From Terriglobia bacterium (GTDB lineage Bacteria > Acidobacteriota > Terriglobia > 20CM-2-55-15), in assembly GCA_965218585.1 (NCBI GenBank), contig CBDCLE010000024.1, forward strand, positions 192,001 to 256,000: a stretch of DNA of 64,000 nt, read 5' to 3'. Position numbers and translations under genes: made by a program. The notes beneath the pieces are model-generated. The model worked only from the letters and a program-made list of their open reading frames with translations. It searched no databases and was not told the origin of the DNA. This document shows, piece after piece, positions 63,093 through 64,000 of this stretch. The number at the start of each line of letters is the position of its first letter. Positions within the stretch are counted from its first letter, which is position 1.

Positions 63093-63196
63093 CTGTAGGT
63101 GCGGTGGCCGCCGCCCGGAGCCGGCGACTGTAGCATGCCTTAGCATGGGGCCCACCGTCCCCTGGACGGTCCTCCCATGCCCGACCGCACCTACAG
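63093..63196. repeat. GTAG-bounded palindromic element (REP-like)
   Basis: ctgtaggtgcggt...accgcacctacag with internal hairpins. Confidence 0.6.
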
Positions 63197-63205
63197 TCGG
63201 ACATC

Positions 63206-63445
63206 TTAGCGTACGGATCCGATCAGAAAGCCCTTCAATATCTGGAGTCCAACCAGAAGAATCATCGGTGAAAAGTCCAGACCGCTCATGGGAGGGAGTG
63301 CGCGCCGGATGGGGCCCAGCAGCGGTTCCGTCACGCTGTCGACGAACTGGGCGATGGGGTTGTCGTGTGGCAGCTGAACCCATGAAAGAATCACTGCAAC
63401 AAACACGATCAGCGAATACAGATCGATGATGTTGATGAGGATCAT
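63206..63445 (-). CDS. YggT family membrane protein
   Basis: VILSWV, TEPLLGPIRR, LDFSP. Confidence 0.93.
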   Translation of the reverse strand: MILINIIDLYSLIVFVAVILSWVQLPHDNPIAQFVDSVTEPLLGPIRRALPPMSGLDFSPMILLVGLQILKGFLIGSVR

Positions 63446-63452
63446 GTCCCGC

Positions 63453-64000
63453 TCAGACCAGTGACGTCAGAAATCGTGGCGCGCGCCGGTGTCCGGTTGC
63501 CTGTTCATAAGCGAACGCGAGTCCCAGGAGCAGAGGTTCTGTCCATGCCCGCCCGATGAAGGAGATGTTAACGGGCAGCTCTCCGAGAAATCCCATCGGT
63601 ACGGTGACGCTTGGGTAGCCCGCCACGGCCGCCGGGGTGCTGCTGGACCCGGTGCCCGAGTCGCCGCTGACATGGTCGGTAACCCATGCGGGTCCGCCTG
63701 TCGGTGCGATGATAGCGTCCAGGGTGTTCTCGTCCATCACCTGATCGATACCTTCGCTTTGCGAGAAACGAAGGTTGTTTCTGAGCGCGTCTATATACGC
63801 CTGTTCGGTCAACGGCCCTTTTGCTTCGGCTTCGATCAGGATGTCCTGTCCGAAGTAGGGCATTTCGCGGCTGGCGTTTGCGGAGTTGAATTCGATGATC
63901 TCGGCCAGGCTTCCTACGGGCGCATCTGGTCCGAGAGAGTCCAGGTAGCTGCTAAGTCCGTCCTTGAATTCGTAAAGCATGACCTCAAAACGAGTGTCTG
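63453..64000 (-). CDS. Amidase, 5' end outside window
   Basis: AAVAGYPSVTVPMG, LAFAYEQAT. Confidence 0.9.
   Translation of the reverse strand, partial: DTRFEVMLYEFKDGLSSYLDSLGPDAPVGSLAEIIEFNSANASREMPYFGQDILIEAEAKGPLTEQAYIDALRNNLRFSQSEGIDQVMDENTLDAIIAPTGGPAWVTDHVSGDSGTGSSSTPAAVAGYPSVTVPMGFLGELPVNISFIGRAWTEPLLLGLAFAYEQATGHRRAPRFLTSLV

Overview
Bacterial chromosome segment. Gene content suggests Acidobacteriota (inference). It has three parts. (1) A housekeeping block at 1-11.6 kb: AMIN/amidase, SLT, alaS, recX, ilvE, lptE, holA, rpsT, phoH, ybeY, CorC-type protein, era. (2) An accessory island at about 11.7-43.8 kb. It opens with decayed toxin-antitoxin genes, an IS21 and an IS256, then continues as unrelated 1-3-gene units: MBL hydrolases, lectin-esterase, orphan DctP, AhpD-like protein, intradiol dioxygenase, serine racemase-like enzyme, beta-propellers, Co-type nitrile hydratase, ALDH and amidase. 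(3) A more core-like block at 43.8-64 kb: ABC exporter, PQQ dehydrogenase, OmpA, lactate permease, hemD-cysG, ThrC-like plus MoaD, GCS2-CBS plus AstE, Na/Pi transporter plus PhoU. The main finding is a degenerate composite junction element separating the island units, with about 13 full or partial copies whose parts keep the same order. It consists of the 3' tail of a Ser/Thr-kinase-type gene (..NWFEELKERVPVP*), one or two inverted 11-6-11 dif-like palindromes, and a conserved promoter-like block. This looks like an undescribed site-specific gene-capture array. The second finding is two tandem SAM-II-like aptamers, each with its own terminator, upstream of a ThrC-like/sulfur-carrier operon. 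Several single-base frameshifts may be sequencing errors. All calls come from reading the sequence; no searches were run.
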